A stretch of DNA of 64,000 nt from Hydrolagus affinis. Its lineage: Eukaryota. A program made the translations under genes and the position numbers. Below are positions 26,078 through 39,305 of this stretch, in pieces; position 1 is the stretch's first letter, and each line of letters begins with the position of its first letter. The DNA lies in NCBI GenBank assembly GCA_012026655.1, contig JAAILG010000411.1:1-64000 (forward strand), read 5' to 3'. Under the pieces are notes generated by a model that was not told where the DNA came from, searched no databases, and worked only from the letters and a program-made list of their open reading frames with translations.

Positions 26078-26200
26078 ATTGCAGGGCTATGGAGAGAAAG
26101 AGAGCCGGTGGGATTGAGTTGGACAGCTCTTTTGGGAGCCGATGCAGGCACAATGGGCTGAATGGCCTCCTTCTGTGCTGTATGATTCTACGATTCTATA
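26078..26200 (+). mobile_element. CR1 LINE 3' end with octamer tail
   Basis: GGGCTATGGAGAG..ATGGGCTGAATGGCCTCCTTCTGTGCTGTATGATTCTACGATTCTA; ATTCTRTG-type CR1 terminal repeat. Confidence 0.85.
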
Positions 26201-26785
26201 CTCGAACGCAAGTAAAACATTACAAGCCTCTGTGATAAGACTCGGGATTCGTCAGGAAACATTAAATAAACCAAATGATTTTGGACTCTGAACTGTCTGG
26301 CCTCATGAGTTGGCTCATGGGTAGGTTTTTTTCTTCTTGCCTTTCATTTCTGTGTCTTAGCAGGTTTGGGTTCCATTGCTTATTTTGTATTATTCTGAAC
26401 AGCCCTAAAAGTACATTGCGTGCCAACATTTATCATTCCCATGGCAAATTAGTGTTGACAAAAATTGGCCTGTATTACGCTAGATATCAGTTTTTGGCTG
26501 TACCCAAGTGCTCTAACTGGAACAGATGTTAGCGCTACAAGAATGAAGTCAAATTCCATCGATGTAGCTTAGGGTACATCAATAGCAATACCAGCCTTAT
26601 TGTACACCAGCCAGTCTCTCTCCGTGACTGTTGTATCGATTTGAGACACCAGATCCGACTGATCAAACAGCCTGTTGTGCTCTTGATTGTTCATTCATCC
26701 ATCCATCCAGCAACCTGATTTGTCCTTCTCTCAAATTTCATCCTGTCTGACGGTAGACAACATCTTGAGCTTAAAACACACACAT

Positions 26786-27130
26786 GTCCTGTAGCTTAGT
26801 GGTTAGAGCATTCGCCTCACAAGCAAAAGGACCTGGGTTTGATTGCTGAGCAGAACAAAACGTTTGGCAAGTTTCCTTACTCCACAAGTCTGTTTACTAG
26901 TGGTAAATAGAAACCTGGTTGTTAGTGGATTGGCAGAATGTTTTTCCAGTGGTAGTAATCCCTTTATAAAAAAAATGTGGTATCTCAATCCACAACAGTT
27001 TTTGGGACACTGCTGTGGGCAACTGCCTCGCCCACAAAATATATAGTTAATTCACTTTACAATATATCCAGAGAAGCACTTTGAGACGTCTTAAAGATGT
27101 GCTAAGGTGCTATATCAAATACTATTATTA
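26786..27130 (+). mobile_element. Full-length tRNA/Deu SINE, subfamily B
   Basis: GTCCTGTAGCTTAGTGGTTAGAGC head, ~55-bp extra segment, Deu core and tail. Confidence 0.88.
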
Positions 27131-27306
27131 TGATCTAGATGTGAACACATTCACTCCCTGGTATGTTACCTGTACTTGATGGGTTATCAATTTATTTTCA
27201 CCTGATGTGTAGTATAAAATTATGTCACTGTGCTTATGTCCTTTCCATTTCAAACCAATGGCTTTTACACTAACAAATAGGGGATCAGATGACTTTGAGA
27301 CATTAG

Positions 27307-27652
27307 TGGAGTCCTGTAACTCAGTGGTTAGAGCACATTCCTCACAAGCAAGAGACCTGAGTTTGATTCCCAGCAGGGTGAAATGTTGGGCAAGTTTCTG
27401 TACTTCACACACACGCCACTAGCAGTAAGTAAGAAACGGGCTGTTAGTCGATTGGCAGATCGCTTTCCGAAGAAAAAATTGTTCACTTCTATCCACGACT
27501 GTTTGTGGGATACTGCTCTGCGCAATGGGCTGTAGCATTTCACCCACAAAATACAGTCACATAATACAGTAGCATATCCTGTGAATCGCTTTGAGACGTT
27601 TAAAATATGTGATAAGGCGCTATATCAAATGTAAGGATTATTTTTATTATTA
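27307..27652 (+). mobile_element. Full-length tRNA/Deu SINE, subfamily B
   Basis: TGGAGTCCTGTAACTCAGTGGTTAGAGC head, extra segment CTAGCAGTAAGTAAG..GATTGGCAGATC, tail. Confidence 0.9.
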
Positions 27653-28821
27653 GTCACTCGCTAAGGTTGCAGAAAATGTTTTGAAATTAGAGTGTATCAC
27701 AGGAATGGTGATAAGCGGAAATGGAAATTACGGTGCAACGCTCTGGAATCAAAGACGGTCTAATCTATAAGAGTACAGGGTACATTTAACACTCCTTACC
27801 TTTGAAAAGAAGGGCAGACTTTTGATGTCAACTCTCTTCAGTCTGCAATGTGGATTAACCCCTGCAGGATTGGCTCGTCCTTTCTCTGCTTCCAGCTTCT
27901 GACACCCGAAGCTGGTCTGGGAGGCAAATATAACTCCTGTCAAAATCAGTCTATTTGAAGCTTACAACTGTTTTTCTTTTGAAATGCAAGGCTACTTAAC
28001 CCCTTTCCTGTTAGTTGGTAGCCTGCGATGATCTGTGTAATTCGGCAGCAGATAGCACTGTTATTTTGGCATTTGTTGACATCCCAGAAGATCATGAAGA
28101 TTAGCATCCCGATGAGTGCTGCCAACCTGTTTATTTTTCTGTGCGTTTGACACGTCCGTACTTTAGGGGCTGCTGCCAAAATGATTGCATTGAAATCCAT
28201 GTTATCCCCTCTCTCCGATTGTTTCCCATACGGTATTGTGAACAAAGACTATTTGTGCTTTCAAGTGCCGCACTGTGCTCATTTCACCAGGCGAGGCCAA
28301 ACACCAACGACAACAACTTGCATTTATATAGTGCCCTTCATGTGGGGTAGCTTCCTGGAGACCTTGACAGTGGCGGAATCTGAGTCAGGGGAGGTGGAGA
28401 TGGGGAGATGATTGTAACCACGATTTAAAAAAAAAACAGTGGATTCGCGAAAGTTCAATATCACTGCGGATTTGTTGCCTTACCCCCATGACAGCACCCC
28501 AGAATCCTTCTCATCGTGGCTTTACCAATAATCTTGGGCAGACGAGTGAGAGTGGGATGGCTTAACTTACTGTTGGTCAAATATTAAGAAGTGGAAAATG
28601 ATGTTTCAGCTTCTGGCTGAAAATATGGTTAAATATTTACCATCCAATTAGTCTGAACACTTGCAGAAAGAGTAACTATTTTTACACGGCCCTTGAGGAA
28701 GAAACACTCCAAAACTAAACGTGGCATGGCTCCCTGGTTCCTGGCCTCTGCCAATACCAACTTCTTGAAGCTGCACAAACAGTTGTCAAGGTCAGGTCAT
28801 CTTCTGATCTTCTAGAGACCC

Positions 28822-28965
28822 AGCTGTGTTTGTTGACTCGAAGCTTACCGTATCTGCACAGTCAGAGGCTGCACTAAACCTGGCAAATGGGATGCTTGGC
28901 AACATCGAGTTCAAATCCCCAGCAGTCAAGCTGTGCAGTGTTCTGGCTAGGCTTCACCTGAAAGA
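28822..28965 (+). mobile_element. CR1 ORF2 (post-RT) fragment
   Basis: VFVDSKLTVSAQSEAALNLANGMLG..VLARLHL resembles the CR1 motif VDSKL.MS.QC..A..KAN.MLG..LVRPHL. Confidence 0.75.
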
Positions 28966-30274
28966 AATACTGTATGAAATACATTTTCAAGTTTGTCTTT
29001 TGCATTCAGTATTCAAATCTTTCGAAGTTCTTTTTTATGCCTGAGTAAGTGTATTTTCTCATGATGGAGATGTGAGACTTTCTCCCACAGCCCCTTCCTC
29101 TCCCGCTCTCCCTTTCTTGAAAAAGAGAAGCTGAAAGCATAGCCACACTTAATTACCTGCCACAGTGTATATTTGATCACTGCCTGAAAATTCAACGCAC
29201 CAAGGCAATTTGCTGAAACTCAATTTCCAGTCGTTCAAGCCTAATACTCTCGTAAGAGGTTCTGAGAAGAACCGAAAACAGAGCAGTGACTCAAACATTT
29301 AACAACCGCTGGAATTAGGTGATAGTAATTGACTCAATTTCTGCCCTGTATGTTAGGGATTTGAGGATAGACTGAAACAAGGACTCGATGACTGATCTCA
29401 ACCTCTCGATCAGTCAGCCGAGCCTTGATGTTCCCGATGCGCAACCGACAACCGACTACTTCATCACCGTCATGGTTTCTGTTCATCTAAAATGTGTTTT
29501 TTTTTCTTCTGAAAAATGATGCAAAGGCAATCATTTGTTACGGAAACTCATTGGGTTCTTGATATCTCAAAGAACTTCATAGAACTTTACTGTGAAATGT
29601 AGTGACTGGGTATGGTTTGTTCAGGTGAGTGCACACAGTCTCACAAACTCCCATAGAGTGAGTTATTGGGATGTCCTCACGATGTGAAAGGCGCTCTATA
29701 AATGTAATTTGGTTGTTGTTCTTGTTGTTCAATTTTGTCTCGGAGGTTTGTGGGGTTACAACCAATTTCGCATCGATGAGACCAGTCAGGTCACATGCCA
29801 CATGAGTGCTGAGGTAAACAAGTGAAAAAGTAGTTATTTCTGGTACTTCTGATAGAGTGTTCAGGTGAGACTAGTTCTTTTTAACTGCCTTAAGTTACAT
29901 GATCTATTTTAAGGAGGCAGAGATTATTGAAGTGTTAATAAAATTGCGGGGATGATTCAATAAAGTTTGTCATTGAACCTTTCGGAATGTTTGAGGCAAA
30001 ATGTATGGCTTTAATACTTCTGCAGTGGGTTTCTGACACCCGAGAACTATTTTGGTGAATTGTGACTTGATTCTTGGTAATTTCTGATCTGCCCAGAGTT
30101 TGACCCTGTTATCGTTCGGCTGGCAAATCTTCACAGAGTCTCCCCCCGCACTGGAGTGGGAATTGGAAGAAAGCCTTGCCTGTGAGGATGCATCACACAA
30201 TGAAACGAGGGATTTGAAACAGCTTTGAACAAGATGTGTGTGTGTGGAACAGAAGGTGGGAGATCCACCACATT

Positions 30275-30628
30275 CAGGGGTCAAATTCCATCTGGTTCCA
30301 GATTTCCTCCATCAACGTAATACATCTTCAGATGAGATATCAAACCAAGGACCCGATTGCCTGTTCAGGCGGATGTTAAAGATTGTGCTGCATTGCTCAA
30401 GAAGAGAAGGGAGTTTCTGTCAATGTCTTGGCCAAAAATCCACCCCACCTCCCACTTTAAAACTAGTCGTTCCCTTTATGAGGCAATTTCTGTGTGCAAA
30501 TTGGCTGCCGTGTTCGCCTACTAAAATATACAGTCAATTTGTTTTATAGTATATTCTGTGAAGTTCTTTGAGATGTCTCAATGGTATGATCAGGCGTTAT
30601 ATCAAATCCAAGGATTATTACTATTATA
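30275..30628 (+). mobile_element. SacSINE1-like body with Deu core and SINE tail
   Basis: CAGATGAGATATCAAACCAAGG..CTGTTCAGGCGGATGTTAAAGA..TGTGTGCAAATTGGCTGCCG..tail. Confidence 0.75.
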
Positions 30629-30862
30629 ATACTCATTCGAATAATTTACAGCAATTCCTGTGAAGTGCTTTGAGATGTCTTAACAATGTGATGAGGCGCA
30701 ATAAAAATTCATGGATTATTAATTACTTTAGAGTGCCCAGAATTTGACAAGTAGTTGAATCCGATCTTAACTTTGAAGCAGGTTTTCAAAAGTTCTTGAA
30801 AGAAAGTTGCAGAAGACCAGCTTCGAAATTAAGGAAAAGTAGTAAAGATGTAAAAGAATTTG

Positions 30863-31105
30863 CTTCAATTCAAGATCCTGGTCCTACACGGCCTCACCCC
30901 ACCCTACATCTGTGACCTCCTAATCCCCTACCAACCTGCTCAACCCCACGATCAGCAGGCTCTGGCCTGTTCCATGTCCCTTGACCCACTCACCCCACCA
31001 TTGGCAGGCGAGCCTTCAGCCACTCTGCCCTCAACCTCTGGAACTCCATCACGCAGTCCCTTGGCCTCCTTCAAGTCCCGTCTCAAAACCCTGCTCTTCG
31101 ACTGT
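30863..31105 (+). mobile_element. Decayed L2 3' fragment
   Basis: QFKILVLHGLTPPYICDLLIPYQP..SFKSRLKTLLF. Confidence 0.85.
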
Positions 31106-32704
31106 CCCATCCCCACATGTTTTCAGTAAAACTGCAAAGATGCAAGTAAAGTTCTGGCTTCCTGCTTTTTTCCCCACACATACACCACACACACTGACCT
31201 TGTGGGAGAACACAAGATCAGTAGGGAGCTTGCTAGCTTTTATCAGATGCACACAAATCTACTAGCTTCAGTTTCCTCAAATCCATCCTGTTGGAACACA
31301 AAAAAAATGAATTCCTCTTGATTATAAAAGTGTGTCACATTGCGAGGGCTGATGGGAATGAAACTGTCTGTTGTTACCGTAGGCTTTGTACCTTATCTAC
31401 GTGGATTGAGGGACTGTCTGCTGAAGGTCGATCTAGCAGAATCCCACATTGTCCAACTCTGTGCTTATTCCCAGCTAGGAATCTCTGGTAAGCTCAGTCA
31501 CAGTGTGGAGTCGTCAGCAGAAATGCAAAGTGGCATGAAGATGTCACAAGTAATGGAGTTACACTGTGCTTTGCTGGAAACAACAGTCATAGTGATGTTG
31601 TCACACTGACCCTCCTTATCCTTCAAAATACTGCGGGATTGTCATTACTTCTATACAGTACTTTCTACAGCGATGTCAGCTGCCATCAGCTCAAATTATT
31701 CCTTATTCCAAATTCATTGCCTTCAAAGTTTCCTCTCCTGTATAGTTTCTGTGTAGTTTCTGACATGGCTGCTCTGCCTATGATTTCCTCCTTTGTGCTA
31801 TACCTCTGGAATCTGACTGTTAAATAATTTGGTGAATTTGTTCATCCTTACCTTTGACGTGATCTGACACTGTGCTTCTAAGAGAGTTTTATCTTGTGCT
31901 TCTTCCAATTATATTCATAGGTTTTTGGGGGGTTTGTTTTTAATATGTCTGACTTGAAGTTCTTGGGTAAACTTTGCTTTTGTCGCGCTGGGGTGGCAGA
32001 TACCACATAATTTCGGTTGTTCTTTCTCTCTGCGTCTCCCTTTTTCTGTGTGTCTCTCTACTCTGTCTCTCTCTTTTTCTCTCTCTCTCTCTTGAACTTT
32101 GTTCCTTTACCCATAACTCCCAACAATATTGCGTTTGAATAGCAAGATCCATGTGTTTCAATGCAACAATGTCCTTCAGACTGAGGCTGCTCTGTGGCCA
32201 GGCAGGCATTATTTTCCTGTTGCATTCCAGTGGCAACCTTGATCTCAATTTTGAAACTGGTGAACCTTCTATCCAGGGTTTCCATTTGCCTCTCTGTGGG
32301 TGTGTCCATCACATTGAATGGCCTGTCCATTTAGTGTGACATCTGTTTTTCGTCTGTTGGTTCTGACCGAGTTAGCACAGCCTCTATGTGATTGGAGTGA
32401 GAGAGAGAGAGAGAGAGATCAGGTCTGTAAATTGAATTTAATACAGACCTCATTGTAAAAAAAAATGTAAAATCTCTAATAAGTGCTAGCCCTCAAAGGC
32501 GCAAAAGCCAAGTTATATCTTTGGTTAACTTTAGACTTTCAGTTTTCCATTTCAATTAAGGTCACTATATTATTAGATCCACATCACTGCATGCATTGAT
32601 AATAGATATATTGTGTGTCTTTAATGTGCACCTCGTTGAGATGGCCTTATTTTTTTACCTTCAAGCTTCCCTTTTCACACTAAATGCAAGGCTACATGAC
32701 CTCT

Positions 32705-32765
32705 TTTTCCTTTCTCCATGGATGCTGCCTGACCTGCTGAGTTTCCCCAGCAACTTTTGTTTTTG
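32705..32765. mobile_element. Penelope-type repeat, single arm
   Basis: CTCCATGGATGCTGCCTGACCTGCTGAGTTTCCCCAGCAACTTTTGTTTT matches the right arm of 47991-48203. Confidence 0.7.
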
Positions 32766-34559
32766 CTACATGACCTAGTTTACTTGTTCAATTTCCACTT
32801 GGGTAAGGACAGACAAGCAGACAATGCAAGGTGCTTGAATCTCGATTTGGGGAATGGTTAACTTCAGCGGTGAATTAGTGATAAAATCCCCAAATTGGCA
32901 CATGGGAACAAATTGAATCTCGGAACAAAGTATTTTGTCTCATTAGTTCTTATTAAAAAAAAACTGATTCTTTTCCAACCGCGTATTTGACATATTGCCT
33001 GCAGTAGTCAGTAGTCGCCTGCAGACTCTTTGGAAAGAGGTGGTAATATGTTCTGAATTAACAAGTCGCCATTAATATCGTTTTTGTTTTACCTGCTTTT
33101 AACTGAAAAATGTCATTTTAAACCAAAGATCCAAAATAGGTTCCAATTCAAAAAGGCTTTTCTCCAGGCTTCAGAAATCTGAACAGCGTCTGTCTCGTGG
33201 ACAAGATCTTTTAAACCTCCTAATTTCTCGCCTGACATCCACCACGATGTTGAGCTGGCAGTTTGAGATGCTCTTTCGTGTGCAAAGCGCTGTACAAATG
33301 CAAGTTAATGGGAAAGCATATATTCCTAGATACCATTATTCGGCAGCAATCCCTTTAGGATCAATGCAATTGAACACGTTTTCCCCTCCTCCCCAAGAAC
33401 AAAAGCAGCCTCTTGCACACCCAGATCCTGCATTGTTCTGCTACTTCTCAAGAGCAGCATAGTCAATTCATCCGTCTCTTTAACACCCGATGATGATGAT
33501 AGATGCTGAGCTACATTTGGTTAAACGGGGTCAATTGCCCTGTTGATTGGAAAGCTGATCCCTTCACATTGATAGTTTGGTAATGAATGTTTTATTTTGA
33601 GGCAGTGAACGTTTTAGCCCCTTTTGGCCAAGAGAACGCATTTTATAATTGTAGACTTGCACGCGCGCACACACACAGAGTTCCTTTGGTCAGCAAATTG
33701 CCAGACCAGAAGTAAAATGCAGTTAAGACATCTAATGGGTTGGACATATCTGAATCCCTGAGTGACACACAAACTGAACCAAAAGAAACTATTTATTCAA
33801 ACTGATATGCTGGAGTAATTTTTTTGGGGCTTTGATTGAACTTGGTCATTCGCTTCTTGACTCTATGTTGGGTGCAAATTAGCTGGGAAAATTATAGTCC
33901 CTGCATTTCACAGTAAAATTCTACGAGGCTGTTTGAATTATCTCAACAATATGATAAGGTTCTATTATTAAATACACTACAAAGATTATATTTTTAGTTA
34001 TGATTGTAATCCTTGCCGATGAACCAATGTAGTTGACAGACATTGGAATTCCTTTACTTTACTTAGAGATAGAATATTGTGAGCAGCTTTAGACTTGTTC
34101 TGCAATAAAACAAGAGTGATCATCAGTTATCAGAACCTCTGTAAAAACACTGGTTGGAATGCTACCAGTATTTTGAGTCTGAATGATCCAATATGGATTT
34201 TCCACAATATGGCCATAACTCCAAACCTCCACATGCTGCAGCAAAGTTTTCATAGTGTATTTTTTATCTGTTTAGTTTCGCATGAAATGTGTTCTTGAAA
34301 ATTGTGTGAAAGAAATAGCTTATCTCATGGGGTTGAACAATGGCAGAAGGAGTTTGAGTGGCTTATTTTTTTTCTCTCTCCCTTTCTCTAACTGAAAACA
34401 ATTTGAATTTTCCCATTCATAAGACATCCTAATCATGGAAAGACTTGCTTGGCATTTTTCACACATTAAATACAGATCTGTTATAATATTTAATGATGGT
34501 GCTCATTGGGTTTTGTATTTCACATTAAACCAAAGTTAAGTTGTAACTCGTGCTTTTCT

Positions 34560-34880
34560 GAAGGACAGATAGTTTTCTACATTGTTGGAGGTGCCATCCT
34601 TTGGATAAGACTGATATCCCTCCTGCCTGTTAAGGTGGACGTTAAAGATCTCTTGGCACTGTTTGAAAAGAGAAGTGGGGGGTGGCGGGGTTGGGAAGAA
34701 TTGTTCCCAACCCCCATCCCCACTAATAAATTGTTCATTCAATTCAAGACTGTTTGTGGGACATGGCTGTGCTGAAGTTGGCAGCTTTGTTTACCTACAC
34801 ATACACAGTAAATACTGTGAAGTGCTTTGAGACGTTTTGACGATGTGAAATGTGTTATCAAATGCAAGGTTTATTTTGTT
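34560..34880 (+). mobile_element. SacSINE1-like body with Deu core and tail
   Basis: CATTGTTGGAGGTGCCATCCTTTGGAT..GGTGGACGTTAAAGATC..TGTTTGTGGGAC..tail. Confidence 0.8.
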
Positions 34881-35424
34881 GTACTGCTATATTTACCCAT
34901 TTTGTTTTGGGTGAAGTCGGCTGGAAAATATATTTGTATTAAATGATGACAATTCTGCTGTAAGCTCTGATTCTTATTGACTTCCCTTTACAGTGCATTC
35001 AAATATGAAGTATTGATGAAATTGCCCATTGAAATTGAGTCCTGTTTATTAGCAACCATTTCCCTTTGCCTTTTCCTTCTTTGTGTAACAGTGCTTTCCC
35101 CATCTATGATCAAACAAAGCTTCACATTATCCCGCTCATTATAACTGCACATCCAGAGCAGAAGTTTACAATAACAGGGTGAATTTATTGGGTTGATGCT
35201 TTCTGGGTTTGTTAGTGTTTAAATTTGTTTCAATGTTTCGGGATGCTATCCTGCGTGAAGGGTGCTTTAGAATTGCAAATTGTTGTTTGTTTGTTATACA
35301 AACACATCACAGCGCGTGTGTGGGCTACATATATCCTCCTCGATGCAACATAAAAAGTGAGCATAGAGATTCACATGTGTATATATAAATATATACATAT
35401 AAAGTATATAAAGGTAGTGGATAG

Positions 35425-36068
35425 AATTGCCGTGCACAATTGGCTGTCACGTTTCGCCTACGAATATACAGAGAATTCACTTTGCAGTGTATTCTGTGAT
35501 GCGCTTTGAGACGTCTAGAAGACATGAAAAGCGCCATATCAAATGCAAGGATTATTATATTATTATAAATAGATTGTTTCCATTTGTTGGCAAGTCCAAA
35601 TTAAAGGGACATAAATACAAATGATCAACAATCACATCTAAAAGTGAGTTTAGGGCAAACTTCTTTATAATAAAATAAGAATAATAAGAATAATCTTTGC
35701 ATTTGGTACAGCACCTGATCACATCTTTGAGACATCTCAAAGCACTTCACAGCATATACTAGTAATTCTTGGAATCGAAACATCGCCGTATCACGAGATA
35801 TCTGAAACGATTCACAGGATACACTGTAAAGTGTAGAGACTGGACTTTGTGGACCAAATGCAGTGGGTGTTCTTTATGCAGTGGGTGATAAGAATGCAGA
35901 ACTCGTGGTGGCTGAAGCAAAAATCAGCGACTTGTGTGAATGGTGTTTAGAACTGTTTATGGCATTTTGCCCACAAGATGCACAGTCACTATACTTTACA
36001 TTCTGTGAAGTGCTTTGAGACCTCTTGAAGACATGATAAGGTACTATATCAAATACAAGGATTATTAT
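35425..36068. mobile_element. Cluster of SINE tails in both orientations with an intervening CR1 fragment
   Basis: Tails at about 35425-35565 (+), 35672-35760 (-) and 35955-36068 (+); CR1 LFPFVGKSKLKGHKYK at about 35570-35668. Confidence 0.75.
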
Positions 36069-36285
36069 ATCACTGGTCAAGAAGCAGTTTTTTCACTCAA
36101 AGGCTTGATGGTCTGAGTGGGCAGTTCCAGTTTTCCTATGTTCCCTACTCACGTACTTTAACATCACCACAATTTGGATCCGTATCCACAAAGGCTTATG
36201 ATGTGCAATCATGTCTTAAAAAGCAAAATGCTATCTATGGCTAACTAAAGGGTTTTCAAAGTGGAGTGTCATCCTAGACTAGACA

Positions 36286-36638
36286 AGGTCCTGTAGCTCA
36301 GTGGTTAGAGTGCTCGCCTTACCAGCGTGAGACCTGGGTTCGAATCCAGGCAGGTCACTGCAAAACTTGGGCAAGTTTCCTTACTCCACACACACATAAA
36401 CACACACACATACCTAATAATAATCCCTCCAAAAAAACCCACAATAATAAAATTGGTTGTTTCAATCTACGACTGTTTGTGAGACACTGCTGTGCGCAAT
36501 TGGCTGCTGCGTTTCGCCCTCAAAGTTAATTTTCTCCCTCAAAGTCAATTCACTTTACAGTATATTCTGTGAAGCGCTTTGAGATGTCTAGAAGACGTGA
36601 AAAGCGCTATATCGAATGCAAGGATTATTTTTATTATT
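36286..36638 (+). mobile_element. Full-length, low-divergence tRNA/Deu SINE, subfamily A
   Basis: Intact A box TAGCTCAGTGG and B box GGTTCGAATCC; internal CA expansion and a short duplication CCCTCAAAGT. Confidence 0.95.
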
Positions 36639-37754
36639 AAAAGATTGTACACTGAAGACTTTCGGGTCGTCGTGAATCTCCCCAGTTCTTTGTGCAGTGA
36701 TGTTTCTCCCAAAAAAAACTCCAACAATCGATAGCATTTCACTGCTGACATTGACTTGATGGCACTTTGTGTGATGTCATCCTAACCGGCCTATGCTTTG
36801 ATGAAAGGCTGGGGAGTGGGAATTCATGACGTATCACTAGCCCTCACTGAACCCTGGACTTTTAATCTTCCATCTGAAGAGAAAAGACAATGCAGTTTGA
36901 AAATCGCGTCTGAATGAACAGCGCAGGGACATTCCACCGAAATGCTACGACTATAGAAAATATTTGTCCAGATTATGTGCATTAAAAACACACTGATGCT
37001 TGAAAAAGAGGCTTGGGGGAAGCGGTGATGGGGGGGTGGGCGGGTGGGGGGGGAAATGATGTGAAGTGAAAGAACCAATTTTGTATAACTCGTGAGCACA
37101 TTTACCACATCGTGGTTAAAGAAACTAGTATGTATGGTAATAAGTATTACATGGTGTAATCGTGGATCAAGTAATCCTTTTTCAAATATATTCAAGGGAA
37201 AAAAAAAAGAAGAAAAGAATTTGTTGTACAGGTGTAATTTTATTGGGATTTCTGTATGGCAGATGTGAAAGGAAAGCCTAGTGTACCTTTCCATTAGAGT
37301 CCCAGTGTATTCAGTCTTAATATAGCTATATTCCAGGGGAGTTTATTAAATTGGATATTGTAAAGGCTGATTTGATGCGTACCAAGTGGTAGCATGAGAG
37401 GCTTTTAATTCCCACAGATGCTCAAGGTGACCTGGCAGCCAAGTACTGTATATCGGAATGTGTAATCGAGTGCAGAGGAAAATAAAGTCCTTAATCTTTA
37501 GATTCTCCCTGTTATTTTTAGAGAATATTATTGTATCAAATGCAAGGATTACTGTTGTTAATGTTGATTTAAAATTGATTCATTCAGCGTAACATTCTCC
37601 CAATGTTGTTTGGTTGCAGGTTGTATTGTTGGTCAGCACCCTGAGGTTTTCGTGCCTTTTAAAGAAAAACTACATAAAGCTTTTTCCTAAAAGGTTAAAT
37701 TTCCTCCAAACTAATCCTACTGTGGCCAACCCTTCAGATGAAATTGATTGCTCA

Positions 37755-38012
37755 CTTCGTGGCTGTTTGTGGGACATCACTGTGTGCAAATACACATTTG
37801 CCTTTTACAGAAATTCGCCCACAAAATATATAGTCAATTCACTTTATACTACAATCTCTGAAGCGTTTTGAGACATCCTGAGACATCAAAAACGAGGTGA
37901 TAAGGCGTGATATAAAATGCAACGATTATTATTATTGTTGTCCCTGTGAAGCACTTTGAGATACTCATTGATGTAATAAGATGCTCTGTCAAATACAAAG
38001 ATCATTATTATT
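37755..38012 (+). mobile_element. Two tandem SINE 3' fragments
   Basis: Deu core plus tail to about 37935, second tail at about 37943-38012. Confidence 0.75.
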
Positions 38013-38019
38013 TTAACAC

Positions 38020-38090
38020 TGACCACAGCCCTGCCTGAGATGAAGTGATTATCGCACAGATCAGGTATTGAACCCAGTGCCTCGTTGAGG
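38020..38090 (-). mobile_element. AmnSINE2-like head remnant
   Basis: GCCCTGCCTGAGATGAAGTGATTATCGCACAGATCAGGTATTGAACCCAG resembles the reverse complement of the AmnSINE2 head as recalled. Confidence 0.45.
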
Positions 38091-38426
38091 ATGGCATCTT
38101 TGACCTGGACCACGGGAGAGCTCAACGTTGAGCTAAATAAAGCCTCTCTGAGGTAAGATGGGAAAACAAGTGGGATAAATAAAAGACATTGGAGGAACAG
38201 AGGTCACAGAGATCATTGATGTGTGATGGTTTCTGTACTTTGGCCTTGATGCTGCAAGTTTACTCTGTAAGCAAACATTTTAGGGATCACAATTGGCAGG
38301 AAATTGCAATCCCATTGCCGGTAGATTTGATCGCTTTCAGATATGCATTCAAAATGCCTTTCTTTACGCCGCTAGCAAACCTCGTTTTGATTCTCTGGTG
38401 GATACCGTATGTTATCCACACTATAC

Positions 38427-39305
38427 CAACAACAACAACAACTTTGATTTATATAGCGCCCTCCACGCCAGACGGCATCTCAGAGCGCTTCACAGGAGCG
38501 GATCCCGGGNNNNNNNNNNNNNNNNNNNNNNNNNNNNNNNNNNNNNNNNNNNNNNNNNNNNNNNNNNNNNNNNNNNNNNNNNNNNNNNNNNNNNNNNNNN
38601 NNNNNNNNNACCTGAAACTGGGAAGAGAGGGGGCGAGGCGAAGCGAGTGAGGAAGGGAGTTCCAGAGCCTCGGGGCGTAGTGGCTAAAGGCACGGCCGCC
38701 GAGGGTGGAGCGGAGGATTCGGGGGACATGGAGGAGGCCAGACCCAGAGGAGCGAAGGCAGCGGGTGCTGGGTTGGGGGGAGAGGAGATCAGAGAGATAG
38801 GGGGTTGCAGAGGAGTGGAGGGATTTGAAAACAAGGGTGAGGATTTTGAAATCGATCCTCTCTGGGATAGGGAGCCAGTGAAGTCTGGCAAGGACTGGGG
38901 TAATGGGGGAGCGAAGCTTAGAGCGGGTGAGTATGCGGGCGGCAGAGTTTGGGATAAGCTGGATTTTGTGGATTGTGGTGGAGGGGAGACCAGCGAGGAG
39001 GGCGTTGCAATAGCCCATCCGAGAGGTGACAAAGGCGTGGACAAGGTTTCGGCGGCTTTTAAGGTGAGGTATTGCTGGAGACGGGCGATCTGTCGGAGGT
39101 GATAGAAGGCAATGCTGGTGACGGACCGGATGTGGGGGAGGAAGGACAGTTGGGGGTCGAACCTGATGCCAAGGTTGTGCACAGGTTCGGAGAGTTTTAG
39201 GGGCAGGCCGGGAAGGTGGAGGAGGTGAGAGCCGTGCGAATGGAGACGTTGACGAGAGCCAAGGAGTATGGCCTCCATCTTGTCAACATTCAGCTGCAAG
39301 AAATA
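38427..39305 (-). mobile_element. Young 5'-truncated L2 LINE (ORF2 C-terminal part, one frameshift), spanning a gap
   Basis: [35 protein letters not shown], frameshift near 39045, then [50 protein letters not shown]; (TTG)n tail at 38427-38443. Confidence 0.95.
38510..38609. other. Assembly gap (100 N)
   Basis: N run. Confidence 1.

Noticed and set aside
36286-36360. tRNA genes (also at 15631, 13260, 27307, 60771)
   Set aside because: A and B boxes are present, but each head runs straight into the SINE body with no terminator or complete acceptor stem.
38293-39102. 269-aa plus-strand ORF
   Set aside because: It is the antisense frame of a GC-rich L2 and runs through an N gap.
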